This document shows, in pieces, positions 39,696 through 48,693 of a stretch of DNA of 64,000 nucleotides; within the stretch, counting starts at the first letter, position 1; each line of letters starts with the position of its first letter. A model generated the notes under the pieces. The model did not search any database. It was not told the DNA's origin and saw only the letters and a program-made list of their open reading frames with translations. The stretch is from an uncultured virus (IMG/VR IMGVR_UViG_3300030060_005500) (Duplodnaviria; Heunggongvirae; Uroviricota; Caudoviricetes). The translations under genes were made by a program, and so were the position numbers. The stretch lies in the IMG/VR virus record IMGVR_UViG_3300030060_005500. The stretch is one strand, 5' to 3'.

Positions 39696-40330
39696 AACTT
39701 AAGCAACATGACAAGTTAAAAGATTCAATTAAGAATAGTTCTAATTGGTCTGAATATTATGAAGAAGTTAAACCTTTATTGGGGCTTAGAGAGACAGGAT
39801 TTACTAAAATCTTTGAGTATTTAAGAAGAATAAAAGACCCTGTAATCGTAGAGACAGGAACGGTTCGTGAAGATTACAATTTTGAGGGTGATGGATGTTC
39901 TACTATTTTATTTGATCGCTATGTTGATACACAAGGGGGAACATTACTTACGGTAGATATTGACCCTGTAGCGTGTAAAAATGCACGAACTGTCACTACA
40001 CATGCAGAGGTGATAGAAGGAGACTCTGTGGAGTTCCTATCGACCTTAGAAGGACATGTAGATCTTTTATATTTAGACTCATTTAATATATACAATTGGT
40101 TGGATGATTGGGAGGCATCTGGACATCATTTAAAAGAATTATTTGCTGCAAAAAATGTTATTAAAGAAGGAACATTAATCGTAGTTGATGATAATTTATA
40201 CATGAAAAATACAGACACTAATAAGAAATTTGGCAAAGGACGTATGATCCAAGAATTAATGAAGTCTATAGGTATACCGCCCTATATAGACGGTTATCAC
40301 ATGGGCTGGATTTGGGAGGACACCATCTAA
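39692..40330 (+). CDS. Class I SAM-dependent methyltransferase
   Basis: IVETG, TVDID, GDSV, DLLYLDS, IVVDD. Confidence 0.85.
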   Translation: MKLKQHDKLKDSIKNSSNWSEYYEEVKPLLGLRETGFTKIFEYLRRIKDPVIVETGTVREDYNFEGDGCSTILFDRYVDTQGGTLLTVDIDPVACKNARTVTTHAEVIEGDSVEFLSTLEGHVDLLYLDSFNIYNWLDDWEASGHHLKELFAAKNVIKEGTLIVVDDNLYMKNTDTNKKFGKGRMIQELMKSIGIPPYIDGYHMGWIWEDTI

Positions 40331-41154
40331 TGACAACTTTAGTAGCAAACTTACCACCTACAAAAGTCTGGGTAAGACGTGAGTATCTAAGAGACTTACG
40401 TGACGGACACGGAGAGTATACGCTGGGATATTGGGTTACATGTAAATCTCTTTCAGGTAGGGCATTATATTTTGAAACCTATCTTACGGAGTATGGGGCG
40501 TTATATGACAAACTTCCTATCAGTGCTTTTCTATCCTGGGACCCTGACCATCCTCATGAACCTGAACCACCAACGCCTGATCTACCCTTAACTGATCTAC
40601 AGTTCTGGAATGGATTTGATACTGGTCTTACTGTTGTTGAAAAGAATCTGATATTCAATATGGACTTCGAGGTGATGACCAGAGATAACGGAATAATGAA
40701 GGGTACATATTTATTTACTATTGATAATTATCACTCACATAGGAATGAACCTGATTTCTATTTTGCAGAATCACCTGATGAGCATAAGTCTCATAATATT
40801 ATTGAGCTGGATAACGGACAGATAGGTGCATATCCCAATAACCGTTGTCGTATGACAGATACTTCCTTGAGTAATCATGAACTGAAGAGACCTGACTTCA
40901 AGGTTTCCACTAGGTACTTTAATGTAGAGCATGTACCCAAATGGGGAAGACTAGGGGAGGTTGATGATTATTTCTGGAAGACTCCTAAAGAAGTTGAACA
41001 GGAATCTGATGTCCCTCCAGCTGTTGCTATGACCGGTTTTGACCCCAATCTCTATAGTGCTGTTATAAGATCAGCTGAATTAGAAGATGAAATGGAGGTA
41101 GAAGATGACGAGAATATCGACTTCAACTCTAAGGATATTGGTCTTACTGATTGA
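40330..41154 (+). CDS. Conserved phage protein
   Basis: VRREYL, GALYDKLPISAF, GTYLFTID, EHK, YPNNR. Confidence 0.7.
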   Translation: MTTLVANLPPTKVWVRREYLRDLRDGHGEYTLGYWVTCKSLSGRALYFETYLTEYGALYDKLPISAFLSWDPDHPHEPEPPTPDLPLTDLQFWNGFDTGLTVVEKNLIFNMDFEVMTRDNGIMKGTYLFTIDNYHSHRNEPDFYFAESPDEHKSHNIIELDNGQIGAYPNNRCRMTDTSLSNHELKRPDFKVSTRYFNVEHVPKWGRLGEVDDYFWKTPKEVEQESDVPPAVAMTGFDPNLYSAVIRSAELEDEMEVEDDENIDFNSKDIGLTD

Positions 41155-41155
41155 T

Positions 41156-41446
41156 ATGCCTTGGTCTAGAGATAAAAAAAGAATAAAAGAAAATTATAAA
41201 AAGATAATTGAATATAAGAAGAAAATACGATGTGATCATTGTGGAGTTAGAGATCATAGAGTCATCGACTTTCATCATGTAAGAGATAAAGAAGGTGAGG
41301 TATCGCAGATGGTATATCAAGGTTATGGTTGGAACCGTATCAAAGAAGAGATAGATAGATGTGTTCCTTTATGTAGTAATTGTCATCGCATCCACCATTG
41401 GAAGGGAGGTAATAATGAATGCGAGACAGAGTTGGAAAGTGCTTGA
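41156..41446 (+). CDS. HNH endonuclease
   Basis: CDHCG...DFHH...CVPLCSNCHRIHH. Confidence 0.85.
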   Translation: MPWSRDKKRIKENYKKIIEYKKKIRCDHCGVRDHRVIDFHHVRDKEGEVSQMVYQGYGWNRIKEEIDRCVPLCSNCHRIHHWKGGNNECETELESA

Positions 41447-41448
41447 TC

Positions 41449-41808
41449 TTAAAAGGTAAACTTTAGACCTAGCTTGCTTCCCCAAGTGTTGGTGTCATCA
41501 GTAACTACAGATACTTCTGTGTAAGCATTTAGTTTGTCAGTTACGTCATAACCACCGCCAACTTTTGCAGATACGTTTGTTTCTGAATCTGCTCCTTTTG
41601 GATTAGATAAGTATGGGCCACCTTGTAAATAAAAGCTGCCTTTTTCTCCGATAGTGTTTTCATAACCTACGTGGAGGTCAATGCCACTACCATTCCAGTC
41701 ACTGCCTACATGACTTTGGTTGAATTCACCATTTAAGTAAAATCCTGCATGAGCAGGTACTGCAAGAGCTGTTGCTGCTGCAATTGCTGTTAAAGAGTTT
41801 TTGATCAT
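41449..41808 (-). CDS. Small outer-membrane beta-barrel-like protein
   Basis: Signal peptide, DLHVGYE, YLQGGP, C-terminal KLGLKFTF. Confidence 0.75.
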   Translation of the reverse strand: MIKNSLTAIAAATALAVPAHAGFYLNGEFNQSHVGSDWNGSGIDLHVGYENTIGEKGSFYLQGGPYLSNPKGADSETNVSAKVGGGYDVTDKLNAYTEVSVVTDDTNTWGSKLGLKFTF

Positions 41809-41917
41809 TAGTTCAAAAGCTAAAGCTCAATCTTAGTACCTTTATAGGTATTTTCAACTAGAGGTATGACAGTTTATACAGTTGCAGTAGAATTATATGA
41901 TCTAATGCACACAAACA

Positions 41918-42313
41918 ATGGGAAGTTTTCAGGATTTATTGAATAGATTTAGAAAAGGTGAGTTTAATTATGAACGTATGGGTAATATTCCGGAAGTGCA
42001 ACAGAGAACAAATTCTATATTAAATGATCCTCGCCAGATGATTCTTAACACAGATGCTAATTATAACAATCAAGGTGTAGTAGGACCAGCTAATGTAGTT
42101 CCTTCTCAGATGCCTAATGCAATGGGAGGTATGCCTACTCACGGAATTACTCAGAATTTAGCTCCAATACCAGGAACAGCCATGGGCAATATGGGTGGTA
42201 TGGTTACAGACTTCGGAAAAGGTATTGAAGCTATAAAGGAAGCTAAAGATAAAGGTGATGGTCTCATGAACCCTGAGACTCGTAAGATGCTGGAAATGTT
42301 ACAAGGATACTAA
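41918..42313 (+). CDS. Met/Gly/Asn-rich hypothetical protein
   Basis: 131-aa ORF. Confidence 0.55.
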   Translation: MGSFQDLLNRFRKGEFNYERMGNIPEVQQRTNSILNDPRQMILNTDANYNNQGVVGPANVVPSQMPNAMGGMPTHGITQNLAPIPGTAMGNMGGMVTDFGKGIEAIKEAKDKGDGLMNPETRKMLEMLQGY

Positions 42314-42330
42314 TTTATCCTGTGTTTTTA

Positions 42331-42921
42331 ATGAAAAAGTTTATATTAATCTTTATTGCTGCCTTTTTTATTTTACTTTTTTCAAATAATAAAGAAAATT
42401 TATTCTTACTTGAAGAAAACATTTTAAAAACTCAGATTGAAGACCTAGAAGATTTAAAACGTGCATATCCTAAATTAAATTGGAATATTAATGATCCATT
42501 ATCATCTGAAACTGAAGAGTTAAATCAACTCTTCTTTTATTTTAAAATGCTAGATGTAGGTGTTTATATATTTACAAATAACTCTTTTGAAGATGCAAGG
42601 ATTACTGGTCAATATTCACCATATAGGAATCGAATTTATCTAAATGAACGGATTATTAATAATAATAGAACGGTAAGTCAATTTTTAAGAACAATAAGAC
42701 ACGAAGGCATGCACCTTGCACAAGATTGTAGAGCTGGGAGTATTCATAATACTCGGAGTAAAAAAATATATTTATTAGAAGATGTGCCAGAAAAATATCA
42801 TCAAGAAGTTGAAAGTATGTATGAGAAACGACACTGGAAATTGGAAAAGGAATCTTTTTGGGCTTCTGAAACAGAAGGGTTGACCTTAAAAGCTCTTCAA
42901 TCTTGTTTAAAGAGACGCTAA
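42331..42921 (+). CDS. Zincin-like metallopeptidase domain protein
   Basis: N-terminal signal/TM; TIRHEGMHLAQDC (HExxH) and downstream E. Confidence 0.7.
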   Translation: MKKFILIFIAAFFILLFSNNKENLFLLEENILKTQIEDLEDLKRAYPKLNWNINDPLSSETEELNQLFFYFKMLDVGVYIFTNNSFEDARITGQYSPYRNRIYLNERIINNNRTVSQFLRTIRHEGMHLAQDCRAGSIHNTRSKKIYLLEDVPEKYHQEVESMYEKRHWKLEKESFWASETEGLTLKALQSCLKRR

Positions 42922-43202
42922 CTTATCTTGTGTCTTTTTAGCTTTAGAAATAATTTTCTGGGCTGCTGTTCTATTTCTACATAACTCAGCTTTTACCTGT
43001 AGTTTATTTAACTTCTTGTGTTGTTTATCCACTAGCTATCTCTTCGTCAGGTCTCCATCTTGTAGTTACTAGATTCAATTCAACTTCATAACGTTCATCT
43101 GGTATCACATGACCATCAGCTATTATGCGGTTGGCAACCGTCCATAGCTTTGCTTTCTCCTCGTCAGAGAGAAAGAGATTTAAATTTACTGTCATCATGA
43201 TG

Positions 43203-43322
43203 TTAATTTATTAAACCTAGTGAACTAGCAGTGACACCTACTCCTATGAAGAAGACAAACTCTAGTAAGGCGTGGGTTGATGTTGGGATTTTCAATAGGC
43301 TTGAAGCTAACTTTGTGTTCAT
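43203..43322 (-). CDS. Small hydrophobic protein (39 aa)
   Basis: ...HALLEFVFFIGVGVTASSLGLIN; ATGA-coupled to dps. Confidence 0.55.
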   Translation of the reverse strand: MNTKLASSLLKIPTSTHALLEFVFFIGVGVTASSLGLIN

Positions 43323-43882
43323 TGTTGGTTGCGTAGGGTTGCTTTTATCATCCATGCGGATTTAAAACAGTCTCCGCACAGCTCTGCCATATAATTTTCA
43401 ATATCTATTGCCTTCAGTTTTTTGGCTGTTGCCTGAACTTTTTTGCACAAGATACCAAGTTTTTCTAAATTTTTATAATAGCTTATCAACATCTCATCTG
43501 CCTTGTAACTTTTGACATGATCAAACTTGGGACTGGCATCCATCAGCCCTTCGTGACACATAGGTAACAAATAATCCATTGAACGTATCAATTCTCCTAC
43601 ATCATCGAACTGTTTGAGATGTAGCTCGTATTGTTTCTTCAAAAACTTATGAACGGGCAAGAAATTTCCAGCTTCATAGTTAAGATGAATCAAGTGTGCC
43701 TGTACTTGTAACTCATGAAGATACCCCGCTACTCCCGTCAACGTGTTTATGAAAGTCCCTATCTCATCTTTAGAAGAAGAGGTTTTATTTTTAGGAGTCT
43801 GTTCCTTCGTTTGAGGTTGTTGGTTATTCTCCTGATTCGCCGTCGTTGGAATCTGATTCTGGAAGGGGGCTGGTGTAAACAT
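43319..43882 (-). CDS. dps: Dps/ferritin-like protein
   Basis: QAHLIHLNYEAGNFLPVHKFLKKQY...FDDVGE, AWMI. Confidence 0.75.
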   Translation of the reverse strand: MFTPAPFQNQIPTTANQENNQQPQTKEQTPKNKTSSSKDEIGTFINTLTGVAGYLHELQVQAHLIHLNYEAGNFLPVHKFLKKQYELHLKQFDDVGELIRSMDYLLPMCHEGLMDASPKFDHVKSYKADEMLISYYKNLEKLGILCKKVQATAKKLKAIDIENYMAELCGDCFKSAWMIKATLRNQQ

Positions 43883-44162
43883 TAGCTTCTTGTTCTTTTA
43901 CCTTGTTCTCTTCATATAGTCTAACTGCCTCTAGCCTTTCAAAGAACTGTTCCCTAACTATGAGAGCAGCTTCTTCTTTGAATTCTTGCCATAGACCAGT
44001 ATAAAAACCATGCATTTCATGCTCAGGATTATTTCTACCGTAAGAATGGTATAGATGCCTCATGAAAGCAGCTCTTTTATCTTGTTCAATAAGATGTTCT
44101 CTTATTTCTTTTCTCTCTTCGAGAGTAAGATTTTTTGTAGTTAGTTTTACTTCTTCAGTCAT
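43824..44162 (-). CDS. Hypothetical cyanophage protein
   Basis: FMRHLY...GFYTGLWQ. Confidence 0.6.
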   Translation of the reverse strand: MTEEVKLTTKNLTLEERKEIREHLIEQDKRAAFMRHLYHSYGRNNPEHEMHGFYTGLWQEFKEEAALIVREQFFERLEAVRLYEENKVKEQEANVYTSPLPESDSNDGESGE

Positions 44163-44382
44163 CGTGGTCCCATGGATCAGTTAAGTTTTCTTTAGCTGGA
44201 CCGAAAGCTAGATAGATTCCGTATCCAGTGACAAATGTCAGTAGCATTAATATGATAGCCACCAATTGTCCCTGTGGAGGTAATCCGAGATAGTGCCCAT
44301 GTGGTATTAAAGGCTGCTTTTCCCATGTACCTGGAAGAAGATATACCGATGGTTTTGATAAAAAATAATCTATAAAATTCAT
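44155..44382 (-). CDS. psbN: PsbN homologue with N-terminal extension
   Basis: LLTFVTGYGIYLAFGPAKENLTDPWDHDD matches PsbN TGYxxYxAFGPPSxxLxDP. Confidence 0.8.
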   Translation of the reverse strand: MNFIDYFLSKPSVYLLPGTWEKQPLIPHGHYLGLPPQGQLVAIILMLLTFVTGYGIYLAFGPAKENLTDPWDHDD

Positions 44383-44585
44383 CTACGTGTTTTTAATTCC
44401 TGACGAAGTTGAGTCCATGCACCAGAAGGTGCGTTCCTCAACGAATTTATAGAGGTGTCTTTAATAATTAGAAGAAGATTATGATTAGTTTCTTGCAAAT
44501 CAAATAAAGAACCTATATGCTCACATGATACTTTACTTATTTTTAAATGCAAAGCTAAGTGCAGTGATATGGTTTTATTTAACAC
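44379..44585 (-). CDS. Hypothetical protein
   Basis: 68-aa ORF ending in overlap with psbN start. Confidence 0.35.
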   Translation of the reverse strand: MLNKTISLHLALHLKISKVSCEHIGSLFDLQETNHNLLLIIKDTSINSLRNAPSGAWTQLRQELKTRR

Positions 44586-44642
44586 AGCAGTGAGATATTC
44601 TATTTTAAAAGTATTATATTAGTATTTATAACTAATGCAATT

Positions 44643-44978
44643 TTACCAGGATACACCTGTTGTTTGTACCGGTGTATTAATTAGATCAATTTCGGCTTTT
44701 AGACTTGCTTCTATGGCAGCTACTTCATCTGTTCCAAGAGCATCTTTTACCCAACCAATCATAGTTGGTTCATTAGGTGTTTTAGCGGATGTGTCGAATG
44801 CGATAAAATCTGATGGTAGTGATTCAGGTTTTGTATAAACGATTTCTCCAGTGCGTCTAGCTTTTTCTTCTGTGCCGTCTAAGCCTTTAACTCTATAAAC
44901 CACATTAGTGAAATAGCCATCGGCTACATCACGCTTAGAGCAAGTACCATTTATTTCCCATATATATGTTATTGCCAT
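44643..44978 (-). CDS. Tail-fibre-associated small protein
   Basis: Paralogue of 23635-23973 (WVKDALGTDEV..IE). Confidence 0.7.
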   Translation of the reverse strand: MAITYIWEINGTCSKRDVADGYFTNVVYRVKGLDGTEEKARRTGEIVYTKPESLPSDFIAFDTSAKTPNEPTMIGWVKDALGTDEVAAIEASLKAEIDLINTPVQTTGVSW

Positions 44979-45025
44979 AGTTGTGTGAAATTACTTTTCT
45001 AAAATTCTACGATTACTTAATTTTA

Positions 45026-46834
45026 CTAAGAGGATTCTAACGCTGCTTCAAGTGTTTCAACTTTTTCAATAAGTGCTTTTAACCCAGCAGCTAACATTGG
45101 AACTATTTTGCTGTGATCTAATTTTTGATAAATCGGCATACCATTTAACGCAACTTGATCTTTTTCTCCTTTCACAGCAGTTGGCACAACATCGGAAACT
45201 TCATGTGCATAAAATCCCTGACTTAAAATTTCTGGTGTCTCTATAAAGTTAAAGTAGTAAGGTTTTAACAATTTAACTTTTTCTATTGCGTCATCAATAG
45301 GTCTTTCGTTTTCTTTTAGTCTGTAGTCTGATCCTGTGTTATAAGTAACTGCACTGTTAGAGTAAGAAATATCACCAACATTATTTGTAGGATTATTTTT
45401 ATCAAAATCAATAGCTATTACCGAGCCAGATGTGCTTGATTCTTTTTTAAATAATATTTTCTGCTCGCCTGCTATGTGCAACCCAAAGCTAGCAGTTGAT
45501 ACTTGGAGTGCGTTATCATAATATAGGTCTACGGCTCCGTCTGGAAAACAATTAATAGAAGCTTCACCCGCTTTAGGTCTTATAAAAACCTTTCGATCTG
45601 TTGAACTAGAATCGTTTTCTATGTATAGATCACCTGTGTTATTAACAATAACAGCATCAGTACCATTATGAAAAATTTGTAGGTCATCACTAGCTCCAAG
45701 TTTTATTCTGTTATTACCAGCACCAGTTGAGTCAGCCATATTCAACTCATCACAAGCAACTTGACCTGTAACAGTAATTCCAATACTTTGAGTCTCAAAC
45801 TTTTTACTGCCATCGTGATACAGTTCAACAGCTCCATTATCAATAAAAGCAGCAAAAGACTCATTGCCCGCAGCATCTTGAAAATCAATTCTATTATCAC
45901 TTCTAATAACAAGATTACCTGTAGTATTTTTTATATAAGAATTTGATCCATCGTGATAAATTTGTAGGTCATCACTAGCTCCAGCAATAAACCTATTGTT
46001 GTTACTACTTGAACTATCACCTAAATTTACATTTCCTGTAGGTATAATACTTCCTGTAACACTAATACCATTGATGGTTGTCTCAAACTTTTTACTGCTG
46101 TCGTGATATAGCTCTACTGATCCGTTCTGTATAAACCTTGCCAAGTTTTCATCTTGAGCAGCATTTTGTAATTGAACAATATTACTACTTATTATTAAAT
46201 TCCCAACATTACCTTCTGCAATATAACTATTACTTCCATCGTGATAAATTTGTAGGTCATTACTATTTCCGTATGCAGCAAGAACATTGTCTTTTAATCC
46301 AAAACGATCATTACTAGTATCAAAATGACCTCTAACTGTACCAGATTCGGTTTTAAAGAAAAATGAACCAAGATTTTCAGATCCAGACGCATCATTACCT
46401 GTAATTATTACACCTGTAGATTTTGTCTCAAACTTTTTACTGTTGTCATGATATAACTCTACTGCTCCGTTTGCAGTGCATTTCAAATAAAACTCACTGT
46501 CATCGCCTTTTTTTAGATTTAATGCATCTGATCTTAAATTAATACCTGTATCACTTCTTTGAATTAAAACACCAGTTGAATTATTAATAATTGATGCCGA
46601 GCCACTATGATAGATTTCTAAATCATTACCTGTTCCAAATCGTAATTTACCTGAGTCGTTTGGAATGTTAAGGTTACCTGAACTATCTATTGTTATCCTG
46701 GAGCCTGAGTTAGTTGCAAAAGCTAGAGTATTTGTTGCAGAGAGAAATACACCATTAGCTGGAGCACTGGCCGTACCTGTAAAGTTTAATGCTTGAACTA
46801 AATCACTAATTAGTTGGGCTTTTGTTTGACTCAT
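45026..46834 (-). CDS. Third S74-type tail fibre, in inverted orientation
   Basis: DLQIYHDG/GAVELY/KKFET repeats, SDYRLKEN, GFYAHEV. Confidence 0.85.
   Translation of the reverse strand: MSQTKAQLISDLVQALNFTGTASAPANGVFLSATNTLAFATNSGSRITIDSSGNLNIPNDSGKLRFGTGNDLEIYHSGSASIINNSTGVLIQRSDTGINLRSDALNLKKGDDSEFYLKCTANGAVELYHDNSKKFETKSTGVIITGNDASGSENLGSFFFKTESGTVRGHFDTSNDRFGLKDNVLAAYGNSNDLQIYHDGSNSYIAEGNVGNLIISSNIVQLQNAAQDENLARFIQNGSVELYHDSSKKFETTINGISVTGSIIPTGNVNLGDSSSSNNNRFIAGASDDLQIYHDGSNSYIKNTTGNLVIRSDNRIDFQDAAGNESFAAFIDNGAVELYHDGSKKFETQSIGITVTGQVACDELNMADSTGAGNNRIKLGASDDLQIFHNGTDAVIVNNTGDLYIENDSSSTDRKVFIRPKAGEASINCFPDGAVDLYYDNALQVSTASFGLHIAGEQKILFKKESSTSGSVIAIDFDKNNPTNNVGDISYSNSAVTYNTGSDYRLKENERPIDDAIEKVKLLKPYYFNFIETPEILSQGFYAHEVSDVVPTAVKGEKDQVALNGMPIYQKLDHSKIVPMLAAGLKALIEKVETLEAALESS
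46407..46475 (-). repeat. Inverted copy of 22346-22414
   Basis: Direct base comparison of the reverse complement. Confidence 0.9.
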
Positions 46835-47029
46835 CTCTTACGAATATCACTTCCAATCTCTCTATTTTACTGCTATGATTTTTTACACTCCCCCAGTTTT
46901 TCTATTATTTGTTGGTAAAGATTTAATTTAACTCCTTTATGTTTTAAAAGAATTAATTTTGAATCTGTCATCTCTTCAGAATAAAAAAGAATTGGTTCAT
47001 GCTGTAGTCCGAAGTCGCCACTCATAAAA

Positions 47030-47311
47030 TTAACTGTCAATCATTTTCTCTAAAGAATGAACCTGATTAGATCTGTAATAGGCTAGTCTTTCCTGAACTA
47101 AGTTGTAATAATTAATAGCACCATCCACCATCTCTTCTGGTGTCATACTGGCTGCTAAGTTCTTATTGGCTAACATTCCTGCTGTTAATACGGTAACTCC
47201 CCACTCTACCTTGCTGCCCAACAAAGCTTCTAAGGGAGTACCATCATTCGTGAAACTAGCTAATAGAGTAAAGAGAGCTGCGGGATCTCTACTATTATCT
47301 GGTGAACTCAT
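47030..47311 (-). CDS. Hypothetical protein
   Basis: 93-aa ORF with TAGAAT upstream. Confidence 0.6.
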   Translation of the reverse strand: MSSPDNSRDPAALFTLLASFTNDGTPLEALLGSKVEWGVTVLTAGMLANKNLAASMTPEEMVDGAINYYNLVQERLAYYRSNQVHSLEKMIDS

Positions 47312-47343
47312 GGTATTCCTTTAGAAGTATTGTTATCCCTATT

Positions 47344-47673
47344 CTATACCGCTTTTTCCAAATGGTAAGAGTATGCCTTAGCTGCATTACAATGATATCT
47401 TTTACTTTGCAGAAGTTTATGTTTCCTGTTTTTTAGCTTGAGATCATCATCTACCAGGTATGGCAAGGGCTCACCATTATCTTCCTTGAGTGTTTCTATC
47501 TCTAAGTCGATGATTTCAATTTGGGATTGAAAGTCATCGATTGCGTCTTGATGACACTTAAGTTTATCCTTTGCGTCAGTCTGATCCTTCGGGACAGGTA
47601 ATTTCTGGTAGAAGGTCTCTTGTATGTAAGGATGTTTCCATATCCAATCCGACGATACGTTTACGTCTGGCAT
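47344..47673 (-). CDS. Hypothetical coiled-coil protein (start uncertain)
   Basis: Nearest ATG (47673) overlaps upstream gene by 98 nt. Confidence 0.5.
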   Translation of the reverse strand: MPDVNVSSDWIWKHPYIQETFYQKLPVPKDQTDAKDKLKCHQDAIDDFQSQIEIIDLEIETLKEDNGEPLPYLVDDDLKLKNRKHKLLQSKRYHCNAAKAYSYHLEKAV

Positions 47674-48298
47674 TGTATTCTTGGGTGATTTTAACTCCTC
47701 GAGGTAGGACACCTGAGTTCTTATGGGTTTTGCGAAGCTCATCTAAATTAGGAATAAGAGTTGTCTTGGGTTTTGATTTGGAAGTGTATTGGTCATAGAT
47801 CTCGCCTGACATTGAGCGTAGCACCGTTTCTTTGGTAGTGTTTACTTCTTGTTGTAAACAAAACTTCTCCTTTTCCTCATCAGACCACTGATTAACGTCA
47901 GAAGATATCTCCACCGTTAAATCATTGTTCTTTACCATTGTAAATTGATAATTCTTACCGGTAAGTTTTGGTGATTTTTCAGAGAAAGGAATAGTCCTTA
48001 CTAACCAGCTTAACAGCTTTTTTATACTCTTTACATTATTTTCAGCTTTCTTCTTCTCACTCTCGAGCATTTCTTTTTCTGTCTTTATCTTTTCGAGAAT
48101 AGTTTCATTGGCTGTCAATGCATGATAGATGCTGTCTATCTTTTTACATTTATGCTTCAGGCAGTCGTCATAATCTGCCTGAGTGATCTCTATTATCTCT
48201 TTGTCACCAGAGCTTCTGGCTTTTGTAAGAGCAATAGCTTCTCTATATAGATCAATTGTAGTTAGATCTTTGTATGAGTTAGTTTGAGTTACTGTCAT
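47576..48298 (-). CDS. Siphovirus Gp157-like protein
   Basis: KIDSI...coiled coil...LKKLL, PNLDELR...LPRGV architecture. Confidence 0.65.
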   Translation of the reverse strand: MTVTQTNSYKDLTTIDLYREAIALTKARSSGDKEIIEITQADYDDCLKHKCKKIDSIYHALTANETILEKIKTEKEMLESEKKKAENNVKSIKKLLSWLVRTIPFSEKSPKLTGKNYQFTMVKNNDLTVEISSDVNQWSDEEKEKFCLQQEVNTTKETVLRSMSGEIYDQYTSKSKPKTTLIPNLDELRKTHKNSGVLPRGVKITQEYNARRKRIVGLDMETSLHTRDLLPEITCPEGSD

Positions 48299-48300
48299 GG

Positions 48301-48420
48301 TTATGCAGGTTGGATGAATGATTGAATGTTTGTGATGGCGAAAGTGATTACAGCTACAGCTGCAGCAATAAGAATGTCCTTCAACAAGGGAAGGACGGAA
48401 GTCACGATTGATTCGAGCAT
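48301..48420 (-). CDS. Small hydrophobic peptide (39 aa; missed by ORF track)
   Basis: MLESIVTSVLPLLKDILIAAAVAVITFAITNIQSFIQPA. Confidence 0.55.
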   Translation of the reverse strand: MLESIVTSVLPLLKDILIAAAVAVITFAITNIQSFIQPA

Positions 48421-48449
48421 TTAATTAAAATTGAGTTAGATGTTTTAGG

Positions 48450-48492
48450 TATGGGACTTACAGAGTTAACCGGACTTTTTCTCCAGCCCATA
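48450..48492 (-). ncRNA. Candidate cis-RNA motif copy B (UGGG-hairpin-UGUAAGU-CCCA)
   Basis: UAUGGG-CUG-GAG...CUC-UGUAAGU-CCCAUA. Confidence 0.55.
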
Positions 48493-48495
48493 TGA

Positions 48496-48693
48496 TTACT
48501 GGTTGGATTTCTTTTTCATCTCTCTTGCTATGTGATCACTTAAAACCTTGAGAGCATATTCATCAATATGCATTTTCTTCTTAGCAGAAAGTATGGTTAG
48601 ATTCCAGAATTGATCTTCATTAAAATCAAGGACAGTCCCTTGAAATATTTCTCTGTCCTGTATGGAGGTGATTGTAGTGTCGTTGAGTTTCAT
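48496..48693 (-). CDS. Small hypothetical protein
   Basis: TAATG-coupled start MKLNDTT. Confidence 0.5.
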   Translation of the reverse strand: MKLNDTTITSIQDREIFQGTVLDFNEDQFWNLTILSAKKKMHIDEYALKVLSDHIAREMKKKSNQ

